From Torpedo marmorata (Eukaryota): 64,000 nucleotides of DNA. Position 1 is the first letter of the stretch; every line of letters starts with the position of its first letter. The notes under the pieces are model-generated. The model was given only the letters and a program-made list of their open reading frames with translations. It searched no databases and was not told the DNA's origin. The translations under genes and the position numbers were made by a program. Where the stretch lies: contig OZ360226.1 in NCBI GenBank assembly GCA_977017645.1, positions 158,472,001 through 158,536,000 on the forward strand, written 5' to 3'. This document shows, one piece after another, positions 49,408 to 62,381 of this stretch.

Positions 49408-52400
49408 GATGCGAACATACTTCATAGTCTTTCAATTGTCTGGTCTGTTGTTGTTGTTCGCATGTGTAACACTACTGGCCATTTAGAGTGTGCATCGACA
49501 ACAATAAGGAAGTTGTCTCCCATAAAGGGACCAGCAAAATCTACGTGAATCCTGTGCCATGGTCGCGATGGCCATTTCCATGGGTTAGCTTCGGCTTGAG
49601 GTGCTTTGGGTTGCATCTCCTGACAAATGCAACATCTTCTCACTGTCTGTTCAATATCGATGTCCATTGATGGCCACCAGACATGCATACGTGCCAAAGC
49701 TTTCATTCGAACCATCCCTGGGTGATTATTGTGGAGCTCTGATAACATGGCAGCCTGCCATTTCGTAGGAACGATTGTCCTGGTTCCCCATAATAAACAA
49801 CCTTCTTCAATTGATATTTCATTGCATCGTGTATAATAAGGTTTCAATTCGGGAGAAATAGCTTCGGCCTCGGTCCACCCATTTAATGTGAAATATAGGA
49901 CTTTTGACAGTGTAGCTTCTTTCCGTACTTCTTTGCTGATTGTCTTTGCTGTTATTGGTAAGCAATGAAGTTCTTGATTAATAGCTGTAGCTTCCGCCGT
50001 CCATTTAATTATCTCGTTTTTCTGTTCATTTTCAGGGAGAGGTAAGCGAGATAGGGCATCAGCATGGCCGTTTTGAGTGGCTGGTTTATGTTTCAAATTG
50101 TAATCATATGCGGTGAGCTTCATGGCCCACCTTTCAATTCTTGTTGCAGCTAGCACTGGAATACCCTTTTTAGGGCCTAGAATCAAACTCACTGGTTTGT
50201 TGTCTGTTACCGAGGTAAACTTCCTACCATATAAGTATTGGTGAAATTGTTTGACACCAAATATTATGGCGAGTCCTTCTTTTTCCAGTTATGCATAATT
50301 ACGTTCACAAGCCGTCAAAGACCGGGAGGCATAAGCTACCAATTGTTCCCCCTTTACTGTTACTTGTGACGACACTGCACCTCAGCCCACTGGCGAAGCA
50401 TCCACCACCAGGGTCACTTACTTTTCTGGGTCGTAGTGGACAAGAACATTATCGCTTGATGTCAGCAGTTCTTTCAAACAATTGACCACGTTACTTGTCT
50501 CTTCATTCCAGCACCATTTCTGTTCTTTTCTTAACAATTGGTTCAGTGGGCTGCACAGCATTGCTTCCGATAATGGTTAACCAAACCCAAGAATGATTGC
50601 AATTCGGCTTTATTCGATGGGTAGGGTGCTCTGCGGACGGCCTCGGTACCAGCGGTATCCAGTCGGACTCCTTCACTATTAATTGTAAATCCAAAATATG
50701 TTACGGAAGGTACCATAAATACACACTTGTCATGGCACAGACAGACGTTTGCTTGTTGCAATGGGGCTAGGACCTTTTCCAGTTTTGATAGATGCTCTGA
50801 GTCGTCTCGACCTGTAATTATGATGTCATCGAGGTAGCATCCTACATTTATGCCGTGCAACAATTTGATACACCCGGGATGTCCAATTTCATGAATTTTC
50901 TACCCCCATTCGGGGCCTGAAATAATTCCTCCGCTTTGGGCATAGGATGTTCAGGTATTTGCAGAGCCTGATTAACAGTGACTTTGTAATCACCACAAAT
51001 TCGGATTTCTCCATTGGATTTTCGGACTGGTACGATGGGAGCTGCCCAGTCACTGTATTGAATTCTTTCCAGGATTCCTTCGTTTTCTAACCTGTTAAGT
51101 TCTGATTTAATCTTTCCTTTATTGCAAACGGTACTGTCCTGGGCTTATAGAACCGGGGTTCAACACCGGGTTTCAAGTGTAACTTCGCCTGGACTCCTTG
51201 GATTTTCCCCAGGCCTTTTCCGAAAATCGTTTGATACCTCTTAAGCACTTGCTCCAGTTTTGGCTTGGCCTCATCCTCCAGGCATACGTTCATTATGGAT
51301 CCAATTTCCATCCAGTCTAGTTGGATGTGTGATAACCAGTTTCTTCCGAACAACGCCAGCCCCTTGGTGTCAACGATGTAGATGGATAATCTTTTAGGTG
51401 ACTGTCCTTTATATTCCACGTTTACTTTGCATTTTCCAAACACCTTGACTTTCTCCCCTGTGACTGTTTTCAACACCATGTCGGACTCTTTAATGGTGAG
51501 GTTGGGTAACAGTCGTGTTTTTAACTTTAGTGGTATTAGCGACACTGCCGCTCCCATGTCTAATTCCATTCGAAGAGGTTCGTTGTTTTTCACAGGGACG
51601 TAGATTTCCGATTTCTTATCCTTTAATCTGCAAATGTACATTACTTCTACTGCCTTGTCTTCCTCCGAGTCGTTAGTTTCACTGCTTAGGGTTTCATCCT
51701 TCTCCTCCACAGTTTTTATTCCGGAGGGCTGTTTTTCGTATTTAGGTCTTTGCTTTTTCTCCTTTTTTCTCTTTTTGACACTTTCTTTCTTGGACACTTG
51801 GCTCTGATGTGTCCCTCTTTGTTACATAGATGACATCTTGGTTTTCTGAAATAACAATTATCTGGACTGGTTGCTTTTTCCGCAGCGAAAACATTCTTGG
51901 CTGGAAAATTTTCCAGCGAAGCATTTAGGGCTTAAATGTGTTTTTTTCGAGCAGGTCACAACTCTGGTTGATGACCTTCAGTTTAGGGTGGGCTGAAAGG
52001 GGGGTTTAGGTTTTAGTAGGGTTAGCAAGGTTACCTATATTCATGTCTTGGTTTTTATTTTTGCTCTGCAGTTCGGATCGAATGTGTCGACTTTTGGAAC
52101 AATGACGGATGGATCCTGGAGCATCCAAAATTATTATTAATTATTAATTTAATGATTTCTATTAATATCATATCTTGGAATGTTAAAGGCATGAATGGAC
52201 CAATTAAAAGGTGTAGGGTAATGGCACATGTTAAACATCTGAAGGCAGATATTGTCTTTTTCCAAGAGACACATATAAAGAATTTGGATAAAGGCAGGTT
52301 AATGTTTAGATGGAATGGTCAATTTTTTATTCCTGCTCTGAAGCCAAAGTAAGAGGAGTGTCGATTTTAATTAATCAGAATATTCCATTTGTACTTCATA

Positions 52401-55400
52401 ATAGTACTTTAGATAAACAAGGTCGTTTTATAATTCTTACAGGCAAAATATATAATAAAATGGTAGTTTTGGCCAATGTTTATGCCCTGAACACTGATGA
52501 GCCTGCATTTTTGAATATTTTTTTCAGCTTTACCTGATTTAAATCAATACTCATTGATCCTGGGGGGTGACTTTAACTGTTGTTTAAATGTGGTTTTAGA
52601 TCGTTCTTCTCCAAGATCAGGTACTCTTTCTAAATCGGCAGTTTTAATTCACTCTTTTTTGACAACTTTGGGGTTTCAGATGTATGGCTTTTTAAAATCC
52701 TAATAACAGAGAATACTCCTTTTTTTCGAATGTACATTGTTCCTATTCTAGAATAGATTACTTCCTAAATGATAATCAACTGATTTCCTCAACTAAATCA
52801 TGTGAATATCAAGCAATAGTTGTTTCTGATCACGCTCCAGTGATTCTGACTTTAAATTTCTTCGACATTGCTTTTTCAAAAAGACAATGGAGATTTAATA
52901 CCACTTTACTTGCAGACAAATAATTTTTGGATTTTTTTGAGAAACAAATACAGTTTTTCTTTTCTACCAATTCCTCTCCATCGATATCTAATTCGATTGT
53001 TTGGGATACTATGAAATCTTACTTGAGAGGACAAATTATTTCTTATACAGCAAATATCAAGAAGACGAATAAAGAAAGACTGGAATTAATAAATCAAATT
53101 AAGCAAATTGAATATATTATTTGCTCAAGATAAAAATCTGGAATTATATAAAAGAAGAGTAGAACTCAAAACTAAATTTGATCTAATCTCAACTTACCCA
53201 ATTGAACAACAATTGTTGAGAAGTAAGAGTTTTTTATCTTCATGGTGAAAAATCAATAAGTTGCTAGTAGGACAATTAAAGGGAATTTCAGTTAAAAAAC
53301 AAATGACAAGATTCGGATGAGAAAAGATAGAATGACAACAGATCATTTTAAAATTAACGAGACTTTTAGAGAATTTTACTCCAACCTTTATAGTTCCGAA
53401 TTTAATAATAGTTTTCCTTCAATGTCAGATTTTTTAGATCGAATTAATTTACCCACTCTATCTCGGGCTAAGCGTACAAGTCTGAGGCACCTATTTCCCA
53501 GGAGGAAATATCTCTTGCTATTTCCTCCTTACAGTCTGGTAAATCTCCAGGGCCAGACTGTTTTCCTGTTGAATTTTATAAATCGTTCTCATTTGGGGAT
53601 GAGAAGCTTCCTTTAATGAGGCTAGTATATCTCCTTTTTTTAAAAAGGGAAAGAACCAACAGAATGTGCATCTTATAGACCCATTTCATTACTCAATGTA
53701 GATATGAAGATTCTATCTAAAGTTCTGGCACGTAGATTAGAAAATATTTTACCAATAATTATTGATTCCAACCAAACTGGTTTTATTAAAAATCGTTATT
53801 CTTATTATAATATACATCGATTATTGAATATCTTATATTTACCATCCACCCCAGCGACTGAATGTGTTCTTTCATTAGATGCTGAGAAAGTGTTTGATCG
53901 GGTGGAATGGGAATATTTATTTGCTAATCTGGGAAAATTTAATTTTGGTTCAGATTTTATCAAATGGATTAAATTATTATATTTAATAGGGGAACGTAGC
54001 AAGGTTGCCCGTTAAGTTCTTTGCTTTTTGATACAGTATTGGAACCTCTAGTTGTTGCTCTTCGACAGTGTAGAGAATTTAAAGGAATAACTAGAAGTTG
54101 AGTTGAACATAAAGTATCTCTTTACGCAGATGATTTAATGCTTTTTTATCTCAAATCTTGAGGTTTCTATACCAAACATATTAACTCTGCTTGCTCGATT
54201 TAGCCAGTTTTCGGGTTATAAATTAAATTTGCATAAAAGTGAATTATTACTTCTAAAAGGGTCCTTTTTAAACTATTCTAATTTCCCATTTAAAATAGCT
54301 AATGACAAATTCCAATACTTAGGAATTACAAAAAGTTATAAAAATTTATTGAAAGAATTTTTTTTGGTATTACTTAATCAGACTAAAGTACGACTATCGG
54401 GATGGTCACCTCTATCTTTCACAATGATTTGACGAATTAATTTGATTAAAATGAATATTTTACTGAAATTCTTGTATCTTTTTCAAGCTGTACCAATTTT
54501 CATTCCTAAATCCTTCTTTAACTCATTAGATCCGGTTATTTCTTCATACATATGGCAGGGAAAACAACCACATATAAATAAAGCCCATGTTCACAAGACT
54601 AAAAAGGATGGGGGATTATCACTTCCAAATTTTAGATTCTATTATTGGGCGACTAATATACGCAATTTACTTTTATTATTATATTTTGATAAATTGGCGA
54701 TTCGTCCTTCTTGGGTAGAAATGGAACTGAAGTTTTCTAAAAAATCATCTATGTTGGCAATTTTAGGTTCCTTTTTGCCCTTTTCCTTTTCTAAATTGAT
54801 AACTAATCTGATAATGAGAAATAGGTTGAGAATATGGGCTCAATTTAGAACATTTTTTGGTTATAACAGTTTTTCTCTTGCTAGCCCCATTATAGATAAC
54901 CATCTTTTTCAGCCATCTGTGTTAGATGTAGGTTTTAAGGAATTGTACAGATTAGGTATCAAAAATTATAAAAATCTTTTTATTTGAGATACCTTTGCTT
55001 CTTTTGAACAATTATCAACTAAATTTAATCTTTCCAATAGACATTTTTTTAGATATTTACAAGTCAGGCATTTTGTTCAGTTTAAAATTTTGGATTTTCC
55101 TTGAATCTCAAATACAAATATTCTATATCTATTGTTTAATTTACAGTTTGTACATGGTGGATTAGTATCATGTATTTACAGCGAGCTGTTAAATTTAAGA
55201 TCAGCTTCAATGGTCGGCATTAAGAATGATTGGGAACATGATTTGAATATAACTTTTTCAGATGAAGATTGGTACTCTACTCTTAGTTTGATCAATGATT
55301 CCTCATTCTGTGCAAGGCATTGTTTATTACAATTTAAGGTGGTACATAGAGTACACATGTCCAAACTCAAATTATCTCGTTTTTATGCAGATATTGACCC

Positions 55401-55541
55401 ACTATGTGGGAAGTGTAAAATTTTTGAAGCTTCATTGATTCATATGTTTTGGGAATGCCCCAATTTAGGAAGATTCTGGGAAAATATTTTTCAAATTTTA
55501 TCAATGATTTTTAAGATCAAATTAGATCACAGATTAGAACA

Positions 55542-55590
55542 ACGAATTTCATGACTTGTTTATGACAATAAATTCTGATTCTGATTCTGA
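55542..55590 (+). mobile_element. ~50-bp Rex1-A tail micro-insertion
   Basis: cgaatttcatgacttgtttatgacaataaattctgattctgattctga interrupts L1 at attagaac|catgccc. Confidence 0.85.
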
Positions 55591-58500
55591 ACCATGCCCA
55601 TTAATTGCCTTGTTTGGTTTTTCTCGAGCACCAGATATACTTCTATCTGCAACTCAGAAGAAAGTTTTAGCTTTTATCATGTTGATAGCCAGACGAGCAA
55701 TTTTATTGAAATGGAAAGAAGATTCTTCACCTACTCATACATAGTGGTTACACGATGTAATGTCCTATTTAAGCTTAGAGAAAATTAGATACTGTAGCGT
55801 GAGCTACACAGAATTCTGAAGAACAACACACAGTCAGTGGGTTGCAAGCAAGACTGTTTTATCGGGTCTCGCAGCCCTGGCTTTTAAGTAGGCCTGCGAG
55901 CTTAATTGCTGTCATTTACATGACCATTGCTGCTTAATCGCTGTCATCTACATGACAATGGGAGCTGTACATTACAATGGGAACTTTCCTGGGTCTCCTG
56001 TCCTCCTTCTCCTGGTTGAAGAAGTAGGGGGGGGGGGTCGGTGCCATCTTTGCGCCGGCCCCTGCTGTTACGATGTGTACTTGCGCGGCCGCCATTGCGG
56101 ACACCGGTTCGCTTGCCCAGAGCGGGTACCGCTACACAACCCCCCCCCCAGAACTGGTGTTAGAGTCTCTCGGTTGTTTGGGAGGCCGGCCCCTGCGTCT
56201 GGGTGCCTGTAGATCAATAGGTTAAGTCCATGTGTGCTGGTTTTAAACGGTCTGGTGTGAAACATTCTTCTTTACCCCCAATATCCAATATGAAGGTGGA
56301 GCCATTATTTTTAACTACCCGGAAAGGGCCTTCGTAAGGCTGTTGTAGTGGGGCCCTGTGTGGTCCCCTTCTGACGAACACATACTCACAGCTCCACAGG
56401 TTGTTGGGGATGCGCTCGGGCCACTGTCCATGTTGCGACGTGGGGATCGGTGCTAGGTTGCCGAGTTGCTCACGGAGTCTGTTGAGCATCTCTGCTGTGC
56501 TGGCATCTTGCCCCCTTGGGGCGGGTAAGAATTCCCCTGGTACCACCAGGGGGTTCCGCAGACCAATTCTGCCGACGAGGTATTGAGGTCTTCTTTAGGC
56601 GCTGTGCGGATCCCCAGGAGGACCCACGGCAGCTCATCCACCCAATGTGGACCGCCTAGGCGGGCCATTAGAGCGGCCTTTAGGTGGCGGTGGAAGCGTT
56701 CCAGTAAACCATTGGATTGTGGGTGGTAAGCCGTCGTTTTGTAGAGCTGTGTGCCCAGCAAGTTAGCCATGGCCACAGGGCTGATGTAAATTGGGCCCCC
56801 CCTGTCCGAGGTAATGTGGGCTGGCACCCCAAAGCGTGCGACCCACGTGGTGATAAGGGCTCTGGCACAGGCTTCGGTGGTGATGTCCACGAGAGGGACT
56901 GCCTCGGGCCAGCAAGTGAAACAGTCCACCATGGTGAGGAGGTATCGCGCTCCTCTGGAGACGGATAGGGGGCCTGCCAGGTCTACGTGTATGTGGTCAA
57001 ATCGCCTGGTCATTGGCTCATAATTTTGTGGCTGGGTCTTTGTGTGGTTTTAGACTTTTGAGGTCTGGCGCTGCACGCAGTTTTTGGCCCATTCGGTGAC
57101 TTTCTTGCGGAGATCGTGCCAGACGAATTTACTGTAAATCAGCTTAGCGGTAGTTCTGATGGACGGGTGGGATAAGCCGTGAATGGAATCGAAAACCTGC
57201 CTCTGCCACGAGGCTGGGACAATGGGTCGGGGGTGGCCTGTGGAGACGTCACATAGGAGAGTTTGCTCACCTGTCCCGATGGCGATGTCCTGTAGTTGCA
57301 GCCCGGTGGTCGCGGTTCTGAAACAGCGCGTCTCTTCATCAGCCTGCTGTGCCTCTGCCAGGGCGGTGCAGTCGATCCCTTGGGCTAAGGCTTGGATAGT
57401 TGGCCGGGTTAGTGCATCCGCTACAGCGTTGTCCTTTCCTGAGACATGCTGAATCTGTGTCATGAACTCAAATATGTAGGACAACTGGCGCTGTTGGCGG
57501 GCCGACCAGGGGTCGGAGACTTTCGAGAACGCGAAAGTGAGCAGCTTCTGGTTAGTTAAGGCGGTGAATGTTCTACCTTCCAGAAAGTATCGAAAGTGCC
57601 GTATGGCCAGGTACAGTAGCTAGTAGCTCCCGGTCGAAGGCACTGTATTTAAGTTCGGGTGGCCGTAAATGTCTACTGAAAAAGGCCAAGGGTTTCCAGC
57701 TGCCTTCACTAAACTGATCCAGTACCCCGCCGACTACCGTGTTTGAAGCGTACACCGTGAGGGAGGTTGGCACGTCGGTTCTGGGGTGAAACAGCATCGT
57801 GGCATCAGCCAGGGCCTCTTTGGCTTTGTTAAAAGCCGAAGTGGATTCCATGTCCCAAACCAGCGCTTTGGCTTTGCCAGCCATGAGGGTGAAAAGCAGA
57901 CGCATGATGCGGGCTGCTGCTGGCAGGAATGTGTGATAAAAATTGACCATCCCCACGAACTCCTGGAGGCACTTGACGGTGGACGGCCGGGGGAATTTGC
58001 GAACCGCGTCCACTTTGTCGGGTAAGGGAGTTGAGCATGGCGTGTGATCCTATGGCCCAGGAAGTCAATTGTGGAGAGGCTGAACTGGCATTTGGCCAGG
58101 TTGACTGTAAGGCCGAATTGGTTTAGGCGGTTGATCAGCTAGCGGAGGTGTGCTTTGTGCTCCTGGCGGGTTTTATTGGCGATAAGTATATCATCCAAGT
58201 AAATGAAAAGGAAGTGCAAATCACGCCCTACCGCATCCATTAAGCGTTGGAAGGTTTGGGCTGCGTTCTTTAGCCCGAATGGCATGCGGAGGAATTCGAA
58301 CAGGCCAAAAGGGGTTGTGATGGCTGTTTTGGGCACATCCTCCGGTAGCACGGGGATTTGGTGATAACCTCGGATGAGGTCGACCTTTGAGAATATAGTC
58401 ACCCCGTCAGGTTGGCGGTGAAGTCCTGAATGTGAGGTACAGGGTGGCAGTCGGGAGTGGTGGCTTCATTAAGCCTGCGTTAGTCACCGCATGGCCTCCA

Positions 58501-59915
58501 CCCGCCGGATGCTTTGGGCACCATGTGCAGTGGGCTTGCCCAGGGACTATCGGAGCATCTGATTATCCCTAAGGCCTCCATCCTGCTAAACTCCTCTTTC
58601 GCTAGTCGGAGTTTATCCGGGGGCAAGCGGCGTGCGCAGGCGTGGAGCGGTGGGCCCTGGGTGGTGATGTGGTGCCTGACGCAGTGCTTGGGCATCCCTG
58701 CCGTGAAGTTGGGATTGGAAATTGACGGGAAATCAGCAAGCAAGCGGGTGAAATCGTCTTCTGGCTGCGCTACGGAGCTCAGCTGGGTGGAGTGGTGATT
58801 GGATTTTTGCAGGGCAAAGGATTGGAAGGTCCGTGCATGGACCAGCCACTTACCCTGCAGTAAGCTGTGTGCCCTGAGGAAGTCGGCCCCTAGGATGGGC
58901 ATCCAGACGCTTGCGAGCGTGAACACCCCACGAGAAATGGCTGTCGCCGAACCGGAGGTATGCTGTCCTCGGGCCAAATGTCAGAATGGAGTTGCCGTTG
59001 GCGGCCTGCAGCGCGTGTCCCTGTGACCGGGTCCTGGTTTTGTACGGTGTCGGGGGAATAATGCTGATTTTGGCTCGTGTCCACGAGGAACCGCCGTCCG
59101 AACTTCAGGGCCCAATGACGGTGGTAGAAACACCAATCGAGGTTGGCGTCGTCGCTGCTGCTACCGTGGGCTGTGCGTTCAGTGGGACGAGCAGGGTTGG
59201 GGTTTTGGGTTTTTGGTTTGACCACTTGGTCAACCATTGTCTGACTCACCCTTCCTGCTTCCCAGAGAGTGTCCGCTCGAGTTGCCACCATCCTGGGCGT
59301 GGCGAAATCCGCCTCTGAGTGCCAGGCGCACATTGAGTGGCATCATCTGAAAGAAAACCTGCTCGAAGAAAAGGCACGTGTGGCCTCCTGTGAGGGCCAG
59401 CATCTCCTCCATGAGCTGTGAGGGCGATCTGTCTCCCAGCCCATCCAGCCGCAACAAGCGGGCACCCCGCTCCAGTCGTGAAAGCCCGAAAGTGTTCATC
59501 AACAGGGCTTTGAAAGCGGGGTATTTACCCTCCTCCGGTGATAGGTGCAGGAAATCTTCCACCCATGCGGCTGCGTCCTCTCCGAGTGAGCTGACCACAT
59601 GGTAGTGCTTGGTGGCATATCCGGTGATGCTGCCTGATCGAACCACACATGGGGTCGGTGGGTCCAGAAGGTTGGCAGCTTGACGGCGACTGCGCTGATG
59701 GCCGTGGAGTCGGTCATTGTAGGTCCAAATTCGTTTGGACTTGTCGGGGTCACCAATGTAGCGTGAGCTACACAGAATTCTGAAGAACAACACACAGTCG
59801 GTGGGTTGCAAGCAAGACTGTTTTATCGGGTCTCGCAGCCCTGGCTTTTAAGTAGGGCTGCGAGCTTAATTGCTGTCGTTTACATGACCATTGCTGCTTA
59901 ATCGCTGTCGTCTAC

Positions 59916-62225
59916 ATGACAATGGGAGCTGTACATTACAATGGGAACTTTCCCGGGTCTCCTGTCCTTCCCGCCATCATACTGGTCGCAGTGTACATTC
60001 CGCCCCAGGCTAACGTCATGCTGGCACTGGAGGGACTGAGCACTGTGATAAACAGCCATGAGACAGCACATCCTGATGCCTTCCCAATAATTGTGGGAGA
60101 CTTCAATCAGGTCAATCTGAAGAAGTCACTGACAAACTACCACCAACACGTCACATGCGAGACCAGGGGAACTAACACATTCGACCACTGCTACACCACC
60201 GTGAAGAACGCATACCGAACCATACCACGACCACACTTCGGCAAGTCTGATCACCTGGCTGTACTTCTACTCCCGGCGTACAAGCAGAGACTGAAGACCA
60301 CAGCACCAGTGGTGAGGACGGCGAAAGTATGGTCGAGGGGGGCGGAGGAGCGTCTGCAGGACTGCTTTGAATTGGTGGACTGGAACATATTCAAGCACTC
60401 GGCCATAGACCTAAATGAATATGCAACAGGTGTCACCGACTTCATCAAGACCTGCGTGGATGAGTGTGTGCCCACGCGCAAATACCGGGTGTTCCCCAAC
60501 CAGAAGCCCTGGATGAATCAGAGAATTCGCAACCTGCTGAGGACGAGAACAAGGGCATTTAAGGCCGGGGACAGGGATCTTTACAAGAAGTCCAGGCACG
60601 ACCTGCGGAAGGCCATCTCTGAAGCAAAGTGGCAATTCCGGAGGAAGCTAGAGACAGATACAGATACACACCAGCTATGGCAGGGAGTGCAGGCCATTAC
60701 AGCCTACAAAGCGAGGGCGAACACTATAGACGGCTGTGATGCTTCACTACCTGATGAGCTGAACACCTTATATGCCCGCTTTGAGAAGAAGAACAAAACA
60801 GTGCCTACTAGAATCCCTGAAAAGGCTGAGGACCCTGTGATATCTGTCTCTGAGGGCGACGTCAGAACATCATTCAAGAGGGTGAACCCTCGCAAGGCAT
60901 CAGGCCATGACGGCGTACCTGGCAGGGTACTGAAAATCTGCGCCAACCAATTAGCCGGAGTGTTCACGGACATTTTCAACCTCTCATTGCGGCAGTCAAA
61001 GGTTCCCACCTGCTTCAAAAGGGCATCAATCATCCCTGTACCCAAGAAGAGTAGTGTGGGCTGCCTCAACGACTACCGCCCAGTAGCACTAACTTCTACT
61101 GTGATGAAATGCTTTGAGAGGCTGGTCATGGCCAGAATTAACACATACCTAAGCAAAGATCTGGACCCACTGCAATTCGCCTATCGTCACAATCGCTCCA
61201 CAGCAGATGCAATATCACTGGCTCTCCACTCAGCTCTGGATCACCTCGAAAACAGCAATTCATACATACGGCTGCTCTTCATCGACTACAGCTCGGCCTT
61301 CAATTCCATTATTTCTTCAGTGCTGGTCAAGAAGCTACAAACTCTAGGCCTCTGTACCCCCCTCTGCAACTGGATCCTTGACTTTCTCATCGGAAGACCA
61401 CAGTCAGTACGAATTGGAAACAACGTCTCCTCCTCACTGATTATCAACACAGGCGTACCCCAAGGATGCATGCTTAGTCCACTGCTCTACTCGTTATACA
61501 CCCATGACTGTGTGGCCAGGCACAATTCCAATGCCATCTACAAGTTTGCCGATGACACCACAGTTGTTGGCAGTATCACAAACGGCAATGAGGAAGCGTA
61601 CAGGAGGGAGACAGATCCGCTCGTTGAATGGTGTAATGGCAACAACCTTGTGCTCAACGTCAGCAAAACCAAGGAGATGATTGTGGACTTCAGGAGGAAG
61701 TCAGGGGAACACGACCCAGTCCTCATCGAGGGCTCAGTAGTGGAGAGGGTCAAGAACTTCAAATTCCTGGGTGTCAACATCTCCGAGGATCTGTCCTGGA
61801 GCATCCACGTTGATGCAATCACAAAGGAGGCTCGTCAGCGGCTATACTTTGTGAGGTGTCTGCGGAGATTCGGTATGTCACCAAAGACTCTCGTAAACTT
61901 CTACAGGTGTACCGTGGAGAGCATTCTGGCTGGTTGCATCACTGCCTGGTATGGAGGCACCAACTCCCAGGACAAGAGTAAACTCCAGAGGGTTATTAAC
62001 TCGGCCTGTGACATCACAGGCACCAAACTTCACTCCATCGAGGACATCTACATGAGGCGGTGTCTTAAAAAAGCAGCCTCTATCCTCAAAAACAACCACC
62101 ACCCAGGCCATGCCCTCTTCACTCTGCTTCCATCGGGAAAAAGGTACAGGAGCCTAAAGACGAGCACTCAATGGCACAAGGACAGCTTCTTCCCCGCTGC
62201 CATCAGATTCCTGAATAATCAATGA
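59916..62225 (+). CDS. 769-aa chimeric ORF: LTR-derived N-terminus fused to Rex1 partial APE-RT; expression unknown
   Basis: The first ~18 codons equal those of ORF 55952 in the uninterrupted LTR. The remainder is Rex1 with no stops. Confidence 0.5.
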   Translation: MTMGAVHYNGNFPGSPVLPAIILVAVYIPPQANVMLALEGLSTVINSHETAHPDAFPIIVGDFNQVNLKKSLTNYHQHVTCETRGTNTFDHCYTTVKNAYRTIPRPHFGKSDHLAVLLLPAYKQRLKTTAPVVRTAKVWSRGAEERLQDCFELVDWNIFKHSAIDLNEYATGVTDFIKTCVDECVPTRKYRVFPNQKPWMNQRIRNLLRTRTRAFKAGDRDLYKKSRHDLRKAISEAKWQFRRKLETDTDTHQLWQGVQAITAYKARANTIDGCDASLPDELNTLYARFEKKNKTVPTRIPEKAEDPVISVSEGDVRTSFKRVNPRKASGHDGVPGRVLKICANQLAGVFTDIFNLSLRQSKVPTCFKRASIIPVPKKSSVGCLNDYRPVALTSTVMKCFERLVMARINTYLSKDLDPLQFAYRHNRSTADAISLALHSALDHLENSNSYIRLLFIDYSSAFNSIISSVLVKKLQTLGLCTPLCNWILDFLIGRPQSVRIGNNVSSSLIINTGVPQGCMLSPLLYSLYTHDCVARHNSNAIYKFADDTTVVGSITNGNEEAYRRETDPLVEWCNGNNLVLNVSKTKEMIVDFRRKSGEHDPVLIEGSVVERVKNFKFLGVNISEDLSWSIHVDAITKEARQRLYFVRCLRRFGMSPKTLVNFYRCTVESILAGCITAWYGGTNSQDKSKLQRVINSACDITGTKLHSIEDIYMRRCLKKAASILKNNHHPGHALFTLLPSGKRYRSLKTSTQWHKDSFFPAAIRFLNNQ

Positions 62226-62381
62226 ACCAAAGACACTGCCTTACTTTTCGTGCATTATTGTTTATAATTTTTTATAGTAATGTCGTAAGATGGTTAATAT
62301 GAATGTTAATGGCACTATGGTGCTGCCGCAAAACACCGAATTTCATGACTTGTTCATGACAATAAATTCTGATTCTGATTC
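59969..62381 (+). mobile_element. Rex1/Babar 'family A' young copy in the CsRN1 5' LTR
   Basis: Uninterrupted partial APE (VYIPP, GDFN, DHCY, SDH) plus RT (PQG, FADD). (ttctga)n tail. The empty site is visible in the 3' LTR (cctgtcctccttctcc). Confidence 0.95.
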
